Assembly: GCA_020891255.1 (NCBI GenBank)
Contig: BQFW01000011.1
Location: 1,426,001-1,490,000, forward strand
Direction of reading: 5' to 3'
Source: Entomortierella parvispora E1425
Taxonomy: Eukaryota > Fungi > Mortierellomycota
DNA length: 64,000 nucleotides
The notes beneath the pieces were generated by a model that searched no databases, was not told the DNA's origin, and was given only the letters and a program-made list of their open reading frames with translations. The number at the start of each line of letters is the position of its first letter. Position 1 is the first letter of the stretch. A program made the translations under genes and the position numbers. Below are positions 9,931 through 19,949 of the stretch, piece by piece.

Positions 9931-12900
9931 CTTCTTGGTGATTGCTTGTTCTTTTCCATTGCAATCTGTCTATTGCAACGGTCCAGCCAGACTGCCTCTC
10001 GAATCCCTTCCTCGAGAGCGCGGCAGAAACGGTGGACGAGGTTTTGGGCCGTGGTGATGTTGGTCTTAAAGAGCTTGCTCCACACTTGGGTAAGGCTATG
10101 AGGTGAGATCCCGCTGTACAGGTCAGCCACCTTCCATTGCTGGAGTGCCCTCTCCGCCACCGTCTGAGCTGCTTTCCGGACATCCCATGGAGCACGCTCC
10201 ACTGTTCCCGTTATGTGTTGTAATGTGGTCCAGACGGCGCGGTCGCTTGGTACTGATATTTTGGGGGCTGCCTTAGTGAAAGGTAGATGGTTCTGTATGT
10301 GACGATCTCGCTCTTTTGCCCATGCTCTCCGTAAGCGTGCCTCTTCCAGATGTGCCCATTCTGCAATGGCCTCTATTGTCTTGGTCCAGACCTTTCGTTC
10401 TGCTGCAATGTGTGCATCGCAGTTCCACAAGTGTTCATTGCTCTCGTCCTGGTCCTCGCAACAAGGGCAAAGAGCGTTGAGGTAGATGTCTGGGCGACGG
10501 GTGTGTTGGAGATCTTGGGTTGGGAGCACTCCGCACAGCTTCTTGACGCGATGACTGCGTAGCGACGAATCTCTTGGTGAGGTATAAAAGGATCCTGTGT
10601 TGTTATTGTTGTGTACAATGTCGAGGGTCGACTGCCAGTGTATGTCGCTGCTGTCCAGGTTCATTTTTTTGGTTTGCTTCAGTGCCATCCATGAACAATG
10701 GTCCCTGATGCACGATTGATGGCGAACTAGGCGGCGGACGTCTGTGTCAATATTTGTCTGTAAGAATTGTGCCCCAAACTGAAAGTCCTGTTGGTGTGAC
10801 TGATTGATTGTCCACGGCATTGAGTCTGATGTTTGCGCATTAACAGCAGTCCTATCTGCCTCCTCGTTTCCTGGGTCGCCACTATGTCCCTTTACCCAGC
10901 AGACCTCAACCGCGCCCTGTCGTATGTTGCATGCCTGGGCAATGACAGCCCATTGGATTGCATGGTTGCATCTCATCTTCTCTCTGGTAGTTGCCCTATC
11001 TCTGTGTTTGACCAATTTGTTGAAGTTGTTGACGACGGAGAGGTTGTCCAAGTGGAGAATAATATGTTCTGCTGCTGGTGCCGCGACTATGACTGCATGT
11101 AGCCCCATGAGTTCCGCCGCTGTTGAGGATGAGAAGCCTTGAAGACGTCCACTTATTCGAAGGGGCGTGTCTGGGGCAACTGTGGCAACTCCAAACGCCA
11201 TACTGCTATACACAGTGCCTGCTCGGATGAGTGATCCATCCGAGTATATATGTCTTGGTGCGGGTGCGGGTGGGCGGATCTGAGCCTCAGTGATCGCGTT
11301 GGCTGTTGCTTGGTCTACCAGTAAGGATCCTATTGCCACTCTTTCACTGCCTGCTGTGGGGATGGTTGCTTGGACAAGGGCGCGTTCTGGTGCTCTCTGT
11401 TGTCGGAGGAAGGCCGTAGTAGCCTTTCTGCGTTCTCCTGGGGTTGTAGCTCCGAACAGATAGGAAGCATGGTCTCGGTTAGGGGCTGGTGCTCGTTCAG
11501 GCTGCTGTGGTGACTGTGCTCCGTCTGGCTCTGGCTCGGAGTCCTGGTCCTGTGCCGACTCAGGGTCTTGATCTGACGAAAACGAGAATGAAATGGGGGA
11601 ACTGGAACGGCTATCTATTAAGGATGGGGGTGTTGAGGAAGAATGCTGGTCGTGTGTGAAAGGTAAGGGGGGAAAGTGTTCGTGCGGTGAAAGTAAGGGT
11701 GATGAAGAAGGGGGGGAAGGAGAAGGAGTGGAGCAGGATGAAGAAGTGGAGGAAGAAGAAGAAGAGTAGAAAAAAGTGGTGTAGGGGTTTGTTGTGCTCG
11801 AGGCACCCCCTTGCTCATTTATGGTGAGCATCTGATATTGTCGCTGGGCTCTTTTTTTCTTTTTTGTTTCTTTTGGACCGTTGTTCTTTTTTTCTTTGCC
11901 CTTTTCTCTCTTTTTTTGTTCTTTTTGCGATCTTGTTGTGTGGTCACTGTCACTGTCACTGTCACCTTCATACTCACCTGGCGACTGAGGGTCGGTTGCA
12001 ACGTTGCCATCCTTGGCCTGTTGTGTTTGTCCCAGACACTCTGTTGAGAGCAGTCGCGAGTCTAAATTGCTGCAGTTCGGTTGGGAAGCGTCGTCGACCG
12101 AGCGTTGCTCAGGAGACAGCTGTCCGTCAAGGCCCACTACATTGCGTTGAGATATAGAAGAAAAAACCTCCCCAAAGGAATAAACATCCTCCTCCGAATC
12201 CCAAGTGGGTTCGGATTCATCGGCTTCGTGAAGATAGTCTACGTACCAAAGTGATTCCGCTGTGTTTTCTTTTTCCAATCTTCTTATCATGTCCTCTCTT
12301 GTTCGTGCCAAATCTGTCCCGTTGGCTGTGTTTTTTGTGGGATCTTTTGCTCTGTGCTGCATCTGCAGTCTTTCTCTTTCCAAGTCTATATTAATGTTGT
12401 GGGTCGCTATGAGGCCTGCTGTTGTCAGTTTGGCGGTGATGTGCTCATACCATGTTTGAGGTGTTCGAGTTCGAATTGAATGCTGCTGTCTGACTTCTGC
12501 CCATGTGAGGATGGCGTTCCTGTCATCCGTTAACACCTGGTCCAGATAGAGGAGGCCTGCTTTTTTCAGTTGCTTTCGAGCCTTAGCGAACTCCTGTACT
12601 GTGAATAGAGTTGTTATTGGCTGTCGCCTGTTGTTCGTTTGCGTAGTGGGGTAGAGGCTTAGGTGTCTCTGGTTCATGAGTCCACATATTCGTCCTATAA
12701 TATTGTGTTTGTCTCCTGTCGCTCCTATATCTGGTCTCTCCACTGGGTGTTGCGCGATGCCTAATTGTCTTTGTAGCGCTCGCGACCTTGATCTGGTGAG
12801 TTGACCAATTAGGCCTCGATCGTTAAGACGCGAGTGTAGTGGGCCAATGTGCTCCTCTGCCTGTGTGTCCACCAGTCGTCGTACTCCATAGAACCGGCGG

Positions 12901-13320
12901 TGATGGAGGAGAGCGTACGGTGTGCCCTTCGCAAGGCCTGCCTTTTTCCGTACGGCCTCCGTGTATTTTCCTGTAAGTCGTTTTGCTTCCGATGGCGACA
13001 ATACTGTAAGTGATAGGCGGTAGCTCATCCTCGGGAGAAGTACGTTGTTCACGATATACAAGGCCTGGCGGTCGGTGACAGCTTTCCTATTCAGGATGGC
13101 ATCGACGGTGTTGATTTCCTCCATGACAAGTTCTTTCGTCTTTTTACTGTTGCCGTCTGCGGCGACCCAGGCTCCCAGGATCCTTATTGCGACGCTTTTG
13201 TGAATTGGTTTGATACTCTCAGGTGGCTGTCCGAACTGTAATGTTGGTGTTTCTACTTCTGTGTTGTTGAGCGCCATCACGACTGTCTTTGTCGCGTTGA
13301 CTTGGATGTCGTGCAGTGAG
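9927..13320 (-). CDS. LINE ORF2, 3' part: RT thumb, long low-complexity linker, RNase H, CCHC finger
   Basis: IRILGAWV thumb-region motif. RNase H residues YSDGS / AEL / HLDN / VKGHSG / NEEAD. Finger CPCCEDQDESNEHLWNC. The frame reads …SLHDIQVNATKTVVMALN upstream of the annotated start. Confidence 0.93.
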
Positions 13321-15840
13321 AAAAAATGACATGGATCTGTCTAGGATCCTCTGCATGTTGTCTTTGTTGTCTGAGATCCAGTGCGTGTCATCCACGAATG
13401 CGAGCCCTGATACCATTGGAGGCGACAAGTCCGGTTCTGATTCCGTTGGTTGTGGTGTCATTGTATATCCTGCTTGCAGTTTGTCTACTGCACAGAGAAG
13501 GGGGTCATATGCAATGCGCCACATCAACGGGCATTCAATCCCTCCTTGGTCCAGTCCGCCTTCAACGCGGTACGCCTCTGTCAGTCCGAAGTCAGTGATG
13601 ATTCTGTTTTGTTTTGTTTCCGTAATGTCACCCAGGAGGGCAATGAATGTTTCCGGTACTTTGATCCGTCTGAGACCCATTTCCATCATCCGTTCTGGTG
13701 CGCAATCCACTGAGTCAAAGCATTTCTGGATGTCCTGACATACGACCCATACCTCTCTCCTTTCTTGTCTCGCATCCTCCAGGACACAATTGAGTGCGTG
13801 GATTGGGTCCTTTGTTGTTGTTCCTTTGAGCACCGAAAAGTTGTTTCCTTTGAGTACATTATGCTTGGATACAATTTCCGATAGTCTGGATGTCAGGATA
13901 CTGAACAGGATCTTCCGAGCGTGTTCCAGTAGGGTTAATGGTCTGATGTTGTTGAGATCCCCGTTCCAATCATAGACTTTGGGGATACAATATATGATCC
14001 CTTCTTTCCACTGCGTTGGGAGTCGCCTTTGTGCTATGCATGCCTGTATCAGTTCTGTGAAGGCCGCCAAAGTATCCTCATCTAAGTGCTGGAACATGTC
14101 GTTTGTGATTCCTGATCCTCCTGCCGCTTTGACCTTGGGTGCCGTCCTGATCGCCTCCGCCACTGTCTTCGCATCTGGTACCTCCATGAGTCCTCCATAC
14201 CACTCCTCGTCCACTGCCGTCAATGGTTGGTATTCGTTCTCCCATGCCTCTAGTTGTGATACGTCCTGGGTTCTCTTTCGATGCGTCTTGTCTTTGAAAT
14301 GCGTCCGTATTCCATCCTTGACTTCAACTGGGCGGTCCTCTATACTCACTCCATTGGCTGTTGTTGTACGTAGCTTGTCCAATGTGATTCGAGGCCGTTG
14401 TGTATCCAGTATGTTGTGGAGGGCGCGCCCAGTGTTGCTGGCGAAAAGGGCGCAGCGTGCCTCTATTGCCTCGTCGATCTTTTTTCGAACTCCAAGTTTC
14501 TTCTCTACTTGTCGTGCAGTCAATCGATCAGCCCATACTGTCCGTACCTTGCCTCTCCAATCTGTCCAGGTCTGCACTGTGGCTGATGGGGGTGGTACCT
14601 TGGACAGTCGTATTCCTTGTTGCGTTAGGGCGAAATGATGGTGTTTGATGCGGTCGTAGGATGCCTGTTGCTTGTTTGCACCATTGTTGTTGTCTATGAA
14701 ATGTTTGGAGGTCATATACAGTATACTTCCGAGGGCACGGCACTGACTCGCCAGCTCCTGTTCTCTGCAGGGTGTGCGACTTACACCGCCAACTTTTTGG
14801 ATTGGTAGGGTTGCTTTGGCTGTTGTCATCAGTAGGTCGCGTATCCTGGTCCACTGTTCATCGGTATTGATGTCTGTGAGTTCTAAAGCTGTTGCTTCTA
14901 CCCTTCCTAGCCCTTTCAACGCTTCTGTGAAGTTCGACCAGTCTGTTGCTGTGGCTTTACGATAATTGATTCTCGTGCTGCGTATGCGGTGTCGCCTGAG
15001 CATTGCTTTTGTTACTGGTCTGGTAGCAGTGCTCATGTTATACGACGCCATAGCAGCTTTGTGGTCAGTGCCGACAGATTCCGGTACCGCACCAATCCAT
15101 GCTTCCATTAGTCGGGGTTGAAGTGTAGTCGAGTTGAACACTAGGTCTATTCTGCTAATCTCTTTGAAAGTGTAGTCTAAAACGTGTGGGTGAAGGAATC
15201 GAAATGTGTCCACCAGGCCAGCACTAGTAGAGTGTCGCAGGAATGTAGTTTCTGGCGTGGTAGACGTGTGAGCTGGGTTGATGCGGTCGATGAGGGGCGA
15301 CATGACGCCATTGAAGTCGCCCAGGAGTATAAGCGCCATGTCATTTGCACGAGCCTCTTCAACTTCCGCTTGAACCCATTTTTGTAGTTGTGTACTGATA
15401 TTGGCAGCTGTGTTGCTGCCGCGAGGAGGAAAGTAACTATTTACAATTCGTAAGCGTAGGCCACCTCTGAACGCGAGGTCGATTGATATCCCTCGCGCCA
15501 GATGTCTTTTAATTCGCTGTATATATTTTGCCCAATTTGTTCGAACTAGTAGAGCAACCCCACTGCCGTTTTGCTGCTCTTCATCACTCGCCCAGTATCC
15601 CACAAAGTTGCATTTCTGCGTTTGGACTGGGGGCAGCGTGAATTTTTCTTTTTCTTTTCTTGTATTTGTCTCTTGACACCCGATTATGTCCAGGGCCTGT
15701 TCACCGTCACCCCAATCACAAACGGTTTGAAAGACAACGTTGCCGTTGCCACCTCGCACGTTAATGGTTGCCACTCTTAATTCATCTCCGAATACTCTCA
15801 CCTCGTTGTCCGTTTTTTCAGTAATGTGTGTGTCAGACAT
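13219..15840 (-). CDS. LINE ORF2, 5' part: AP endonuclease + reverse transcriptase core (frameshifted at ~13321-13326)
   Basis: APE motifs ATINVRG, GCQET, GSGVALL, LLGDFN, SRIDLVF, TDH. RT motifs RPLTLLE, QDIQKCFDSV, GLDQGGIECP, AFVDD. Confidence 0.95.
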   Translation of the reverse strand: MSDTHITEKTDNEVRVFGDELRVATINVRGGNGNVVFQTVCDWGDGEQALDIIGCQETNTRKEKEKFTLPPVQTQKCNFVGYWASDEEQQNGSGVALLVRTNWAKYIQRIKRHLARGISIDLAFRGGLRLRIVNSYFPPRGSNTAANISTQLQKWVQAEVEEARANDMALILLGDFNGVMSPLIDRINPAHTSTTPETTFLRHSTSAGLVDTFRFLHPHVLDYTFKEISRIDLVFNSTTLQPRLMEAWIGAVPESVGTDHKAAMASYNMSTATRPVTKAMLRRHRIRSTRINYRKATATDWSNFTEALKGLGRVEATALELTDINTDEQWTRIRDLLMTTAKATLPIQKVGGVSRTPCREQELASQCRALGSILYMTSKHFIDNNNGANKQQASYDRIKHHHFALTQQGIRLSKVPPPSATVQTWTDWRGKVRTVWADRLTARQVEKKLGVRKKIDEAIEARCALFASNTGRALHNILDTQRPRITLDKLRTTTANGVSIEDRPVEVKDGIRTHFKDKTHRKRTQDVSQLEAWENEYQPLTAVDEEWYGGLMEVPDAKTVAEAIRTAPKVKAAGGSGITNDMFQHLDEDTLAAFTELIQACIAQRRLPTQWKEGIIYCIPKVYDWNGDLNNIRPLTLLEHARKILFSILTSRLSEIVSKHNVLKGNNFSVLKGTTTKDPIHALNCVLEDARQERREVWVVCQDIQKCFDSVDCAPERMMEMGLRRIKVPETFIALLGDITETKQNRIITDFGLTEAYRVEGGLDQGGIECPLMWRIAYDPLLCAVDKLQAGYTMTPQPTESEPDLSPPMVSGLAFVDDTHWISDNKDNMQRILDRSMSFFLTARHPSQRDKDSRDGAQQHRSRNTNITVRTAT

Positions 15841-17783
15841 TAAAGGTCCGAGTCTTCGTTTTGTTCATCACTGTTCTCCTCTTGGGAGGCCAGGAATTGT
15901 GCAAAGAGAGGGGAGTTTTGGAATTGGTCATAAGAGTCCAGCTTTAGCTGGGACTCTTGCAATTGTGCTATGGCTACAGACAGCCGTTGTTCCATCTCCA
16001 GAAACTCTCTCTCAGTCTGCAACCCTTTCACGAAGTCCGCGTCCGTTTTTCTCTTTCTCTGCATGATCTTCCCTATGCCGGCCATTGACTGTTGGGATGA
16101 AGATAATGGGAAGGAGCCGAAGTTGATACCCTCCATCGAGTCGAGAGCTGCCTGGGGTGCTGATTGTTTCCAACCATTCACCAACTCATTTGCCTCTTGG
16201 GTATTGAGAATTTGACTCATTTGGGAAGGGGGAACAACTGGGCTAGGGTTTGTGGGTTGGAAGGTGCTGATGTTGGAAGGGATGTTCTGAAACTGTGAGT
16301 CTGGCTGTGATTCTTGTGCAGGGGTAGTTGTGGTAGGGGCGATAACTGGAAGGAGGGTCTTAATCATCGCCTTGAATTCATCTATCATTTTTTTTTCTCT
16401 GTTCACCCACTGGCGCTCTAGCTGTTCCAGTTTTTTGGTCCAAATCTGATCCAACTCTTGTCGGAGTGTGTCAAGTGCGGCTGTCTCCACAGATAGTCCT
16501 GCGGAGATCGTAGCCTGACCCTTGTTGTTCGTGTTGTGCTGTGTTTTGAACGAGACTTGGGAAGGGGTATGGATGATGGGCGAAGGGGTGGCTCTCTTTT
16601 TGGGTGCAGTCACCGCTGCGTAGCTCTTTTGTGTGGGGTTCACGATGGGGGCAAACTCTTCTTTCCAGTGCGCACGGTTCTGATAGAATACATTCTTTGC
16701 TCTGTCATTATGTATCTCTTTGCGCTTCCGGCTGTCCTCACAGTCACCAACCTTATGTTCAATGGATCCACACGAGTAACACGCTTTTTCATTCATTCCC
16801 ACCCATGCTGTCAATTTCTGGTACCCTGCCTCAAATCGCGCACCGCTGACTTTGTCCCATTGCTCCTCATCAGTGAAAGTGACGAAAGCCTCACGGAATC
16901 GTCTTCCAAATCGAACTGTGACGGGCATAGTAATGGTGGCGAACTCGTAGCCGGCGTCCTGGAACATAGTGGCAACAGTGCGTGGAGTGGATCCTTGGGG
17001 GAGGTTGACCAGTTTCTGTCGGATGTTGTGGGTGTGGTCTACTATGTTGTTGCCATATCGCTTGATTTGTCCAGAGTCGTCTCCAATAATGACCATAAAA
17101 GGGTTGCTTTGTTGCATGGTGTCAATCGAGTCTGCGGAGGTGAAGGTGACTGTTGCGGTGCTCATACTGCCTTTAAAGTTTTTGCCCATGATAACTTGGT
17201 CAACCTCTCCCCATTCCTCACAGGCGATTCGGACATCAGTTTCGGTGGCGTGGACACTGAGAGCGACTATGTCGAGGGAGAAGGCGTGGTCGTGGTCTTG
17301 CATGTCCTGTGTGAATCTTTCGAATGCTACAGTGTATGTGTTGCTGTCGACGGAGTCCTGGGTGCTGGAATCTGCGTTCTCTGGGCTGAATGCGCCCTGG
17401 ATCAGTTTTTCGAGGTCGCGCTCGTTGGTCACTTCGACCAAGATATATCTCACACGTGCCATTGGCAGGGGGACGACCGCTTTTCCTTTGGGGTCCAGGC
17501 TGCGCCTGATGGAAATTATCTGGGGTGCTCTCAAAAGGATGACCAACGTTTTCAGCTGGCCTTTCATCCATTGTCGCTTCTGGTTGTTGCTGTTGCCTGT
17601 TGCGTGGTCAGCGGGGAAGATGGCCTGGAAACGTTGGGTGTGCTTCGTTTTGACCGGGGTGAACCCTTGATCTTCGGGTGCTGGTTCCGAAGGTGGGGTC
17701 TCAGGAACATTTTCGTCGCATTCCATGCCTGTGATGACAGGTTTGCGCAGAGAGAATCGCAGCGCAGGGGTTGGCTGAGACAT
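15840..17783 (-). CDS. LINE ORF1 (gag-like nucleic-acid chaperone), 647 aa: two RRM-like domains, one CCHC knuckle, coiled coil
   Basis: RRM-like segments LDIVALSVHATETDVRIACEEWGEV…ATVTF and KLVNLPQG…EAFVTF; knuckle CYSCGSIEHKVGDC; heptad-like LRQELDQIWTKKLEQLERQW. Its stop overlaps the ORF2 ATG (TAATG). Confidence 0.9.
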   Translation of the reverse strand: MSQPTPALRFSLRKPVITGMECDENVPETPPSEPAPEDQGFTPVKTKHTQRFQAIFPADHATGNSNNQKRQWMKGQLKTLVILLRAPQIISIRRSLDPKGKAVVPLPMARVRYILVEVTNERDLEKLIQGAFSPENADSSTQDSVDSNTYTVAFERFTQDMQDHDHAFSLDIVALSVHATETDVRIACEEWGEVDQVIMGKNFKGSMSTATVTFTSADSIDTMQQSNPFMVIIGDDSGQIKRYGNNIVDHTHNIRQKLVNLPQGSTPRTVATMFQDAGYEFATITMPVTVRFGRRFREAFVTFTDEEQWDKVSGARFEAGYQKLTAWVGMNEKACYSCGSIEHKVGDCEDSRKRKEIHNDRAKNVFYQNRAHWKEEFAPIVNPTQKSYAAVTAPKKRATPSPIIHTPSQVSFKTQHNTNNKGQATISAGLSVETAALDTLRQELDQIWTKKLEQLERQWVNREKKMIDEFKAMIKTLLPVIAPTTTTPAQESQPDSQFQNIPSNISTFQPTNPSPVVPPSQMSQILNTQEANELVNGWKQSAPQAALDSMEGINFGSFPLSSSQQSMAGIGKIMQRKRKTDADFVKGLQTEREFLEMEQRLSVAIAQLQESQLKLDSYDQFQNSPLFAQFLASQEENSDEQNEDSDL

Positions 17784-17805
17784 ACTGCTGAGTTGGGTAC
17801 GGGTG

Positions 17806-17830
17806 TTTTTTTTTTTTTTTTTTTTTTTTT
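17806..17830 (-). repeat. A25 tract in the LINE 5' UTR, 22 nt upstream of the ORF1 ATG
   Basis: 25 consecutive T on the plus strand. Confidence 0.9.
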
Positions 17831-18116
17831 CTGTCGTTTTTGTGTGTTTGGGATGTGGAAGGTGTGGGAGGGAGAGGACTTATCAACGGCTCAGGGGTTG
17901 GGAGTGGATGGGGGGTGGGCCGTTTGCAGTTGAAGAGTCGTCTTTGCGAGAATATGGGAGAGTGAATGTGTCGAGAATAGGAAAAAAGTAGGTGAAAATG
18001 ACCGGATCAGGGTCGGCTATTCGATTATCGCACAGGGCACCACGGTAGCCGGGTTGGCAGCTGTGAGCGGTGTTTGTATTGATTCGAACTGTTTGCCCAC
18101 TTTTTTGAGTGGAGGG

Positions 18117-18134
18117 GGCCTTTGGCCTGGTCAT
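18117..18134. repeat. Target-site duplication, right copy (5' side of LINE)
   Basis: GGCCTTTGGCCTGGTCAT, identical to 9524-9541. Confidence 0.93.
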
Positions 18135-19949
18135 GATTGCCTCCTACAGACTTGACCAGCAAGTGGCTGGGGACCTGGTATCGAGTTGAATCACAGTTGA
18201 GGAGGCCCATGTATGGTGAGCATCGACCCTCCGCCGCGGTCCAAGGGACATCCTACTTTATTTTTTTGCTCTTTCTTGATCTTCGCTCTCTTTCTTTCTC
18301 TCTTTTTCTCTCGCGCCCTCTTCCTCTTTCTGATTAGAGTGCCATGTCCATCTCTTCTTCCCCTCCCTCCTTTCCTCCTTTCCTCCATCTTGCTGCCTCC
18401 TGGACTCTTTCCATGCCTTAATGGACCTTCAATGGACCTTTCACCTCCCGTCCTCCTCATGACACTTTCTCGTATTGTCCTACCGTCCTCCATGCGGTCC
18501 TCCATATTGCCTCTTGAATTTCTCGCGAGCAGAGGCGCATGTCCTCGTCCATGCTGGATCGAGCCCCCTATCTTTTGGCCACCGTATCTTTTGGCCACAA
18601 CACCGCCAAGTATCCACGTCAACTTTGTCCTTTTAATCCACGCGTCCGCTTCCACACAGCCTGTGCTCTGGCGTCCCCCAGTACCCAGATTCCCAGTCGC
18701 GTCCGCCACCAACTCCAGTCCTTTTTTTTCAAGATCCGCCCGGACCCACGACTGGAGATATATGTGTAAAGTGAGGGGATTCTCATAGGGAAACTCTGTT
18801 GCTGGGCGGCACTTACTCTTCAGTTCTTGTCAATGGCCTTGATAGTAAAGTGAAACACGATATTCGTCCATGCTCTTCCTCCCACTACAGAAGTCTTGCG
18901 GGACCGCTGATCCTCGGTGCTCTAACCTCGTACTGTGGCAGTTCTGACGGCGCTGCTGATACTTCACATTTGTTGCGAATGGATTTTGGTCGCCTCCTCG
19001 TGTTTGTTTGTCTGCTTGGATGGAATTCACCTTATGTCCTCGTTCAGTTTATTTAAAAAGTTGTACGCGCTCGTGTATTCATACAGGCCAAGTGCTTGGC
19101 TACTTGTATAATCCTTGAGATCATATCATGGCAGGGATGGCCGTTGAAAATAATATGAATAAGACAATGAGGTGAGGCTTCGAGGAAACGCCAGTCCAAG
19201 GCTCGGAGTCCGATGGACGCAAACACAGTTGTAAACGAACATTCAGGGCTCAAATTGTTTCTAAAATCCATGCCCCAGACCCGATGTGGGGCCTTACTTC
19301 AACAACATGTGAGCAGAGGAGGGAGAATTTGCTGTTCTATAGCAATTCAGGGTCGCCAGGGTCTCTGGGTCAACAGGTGTTGCTGTGCTAGAGTCTGGAT
19401 TGCTCTAAAAGAAATGTGACTCAAGAGCGGCGCCTCCAGTGCACACAATAATGGCTGGTCTGTTTTCTCGTGTCGAACTTTGCTGACAGGATGGCTGGAT
19501 GCAGCTACTGCTCAGCCCCTGCTTGCCAGATCGGTGATGATGACAAGGATGACTGTGCACTGCTGCCCCTCCAGCTCAGTGATAAAGGCAGTCTTGTTCC
19601 CGTCTGCTACCCAACCCACGCACTCACTCGCGTGTGCAGATCCAGTCCAACCAGGCCAGTCTGCAATGCCTCTTTTCTTTGCGCAAGGTGGCTGCGCCTC
19701 CTCTTCGGAATCACCACGTTAGTCTAGGAACTCCAACATAAAAACGGCCCTTCGTTCTTTCATTGCCTCTGCTGACCTGCCTTGATATCATACTCAACCA
19801 GAACCACTGTTTCTTTTTCCTACCTCTTTGTCCCACCCTACATTCATTCGTTCATTCTTTCATTCCATTCTTCTTTCCCCCCACACAACACAGACACAAA
19901 CAAATTCACCCATCTCGACATTCGCCAACAACCCGGTCCCAGTTCTGCC

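Larger units (their letters stand above)
9542..18116 (-). mobile_element. Full-length non-LTR retrotransposon (LINE) with APE, RT, RNase H and CCHC domains
   Basis: Gag-like ORF1 plus pol-like ORF2. Flanked by the identical 18-bp direct repeat GGCCTTTGGCCTGGTCAT (9524-9541 and 18117-18134). Short 3' tail AATAATAAAAAA(A) at 9542-9553 on the minus strand. Confidence 0.97.

Noticed and set aside
13321-13326. Programmed ribosomal frameshift in ORF2
   Set aside because: It would split the RT palm from the thumb. One extra T in a T6 run is more simply a mutation or homopolymer assembly error.
16536-17933. 465-aa plus-strand ORF antisense to LINE ORF1
   Set aside because: It lies on the opposite strand of a genuine ORF, has no recognisable motifs, and its start is non-ATG. 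It is best explained by sense-strand codon bias. The same applies to the many antisense ORFs over other genes.
18020-18070. Pseudoknot-like pairing (CACAG/CTGTG, CGGCT/AGCCG, CGAAT) in the LINE 5' UTR suggesting an HDV-like ribozyme
   Set aside because: The P3/L3 loop is too short, no P1.1 is evident, and the cleavage site would not coincide with the element's 5' end.
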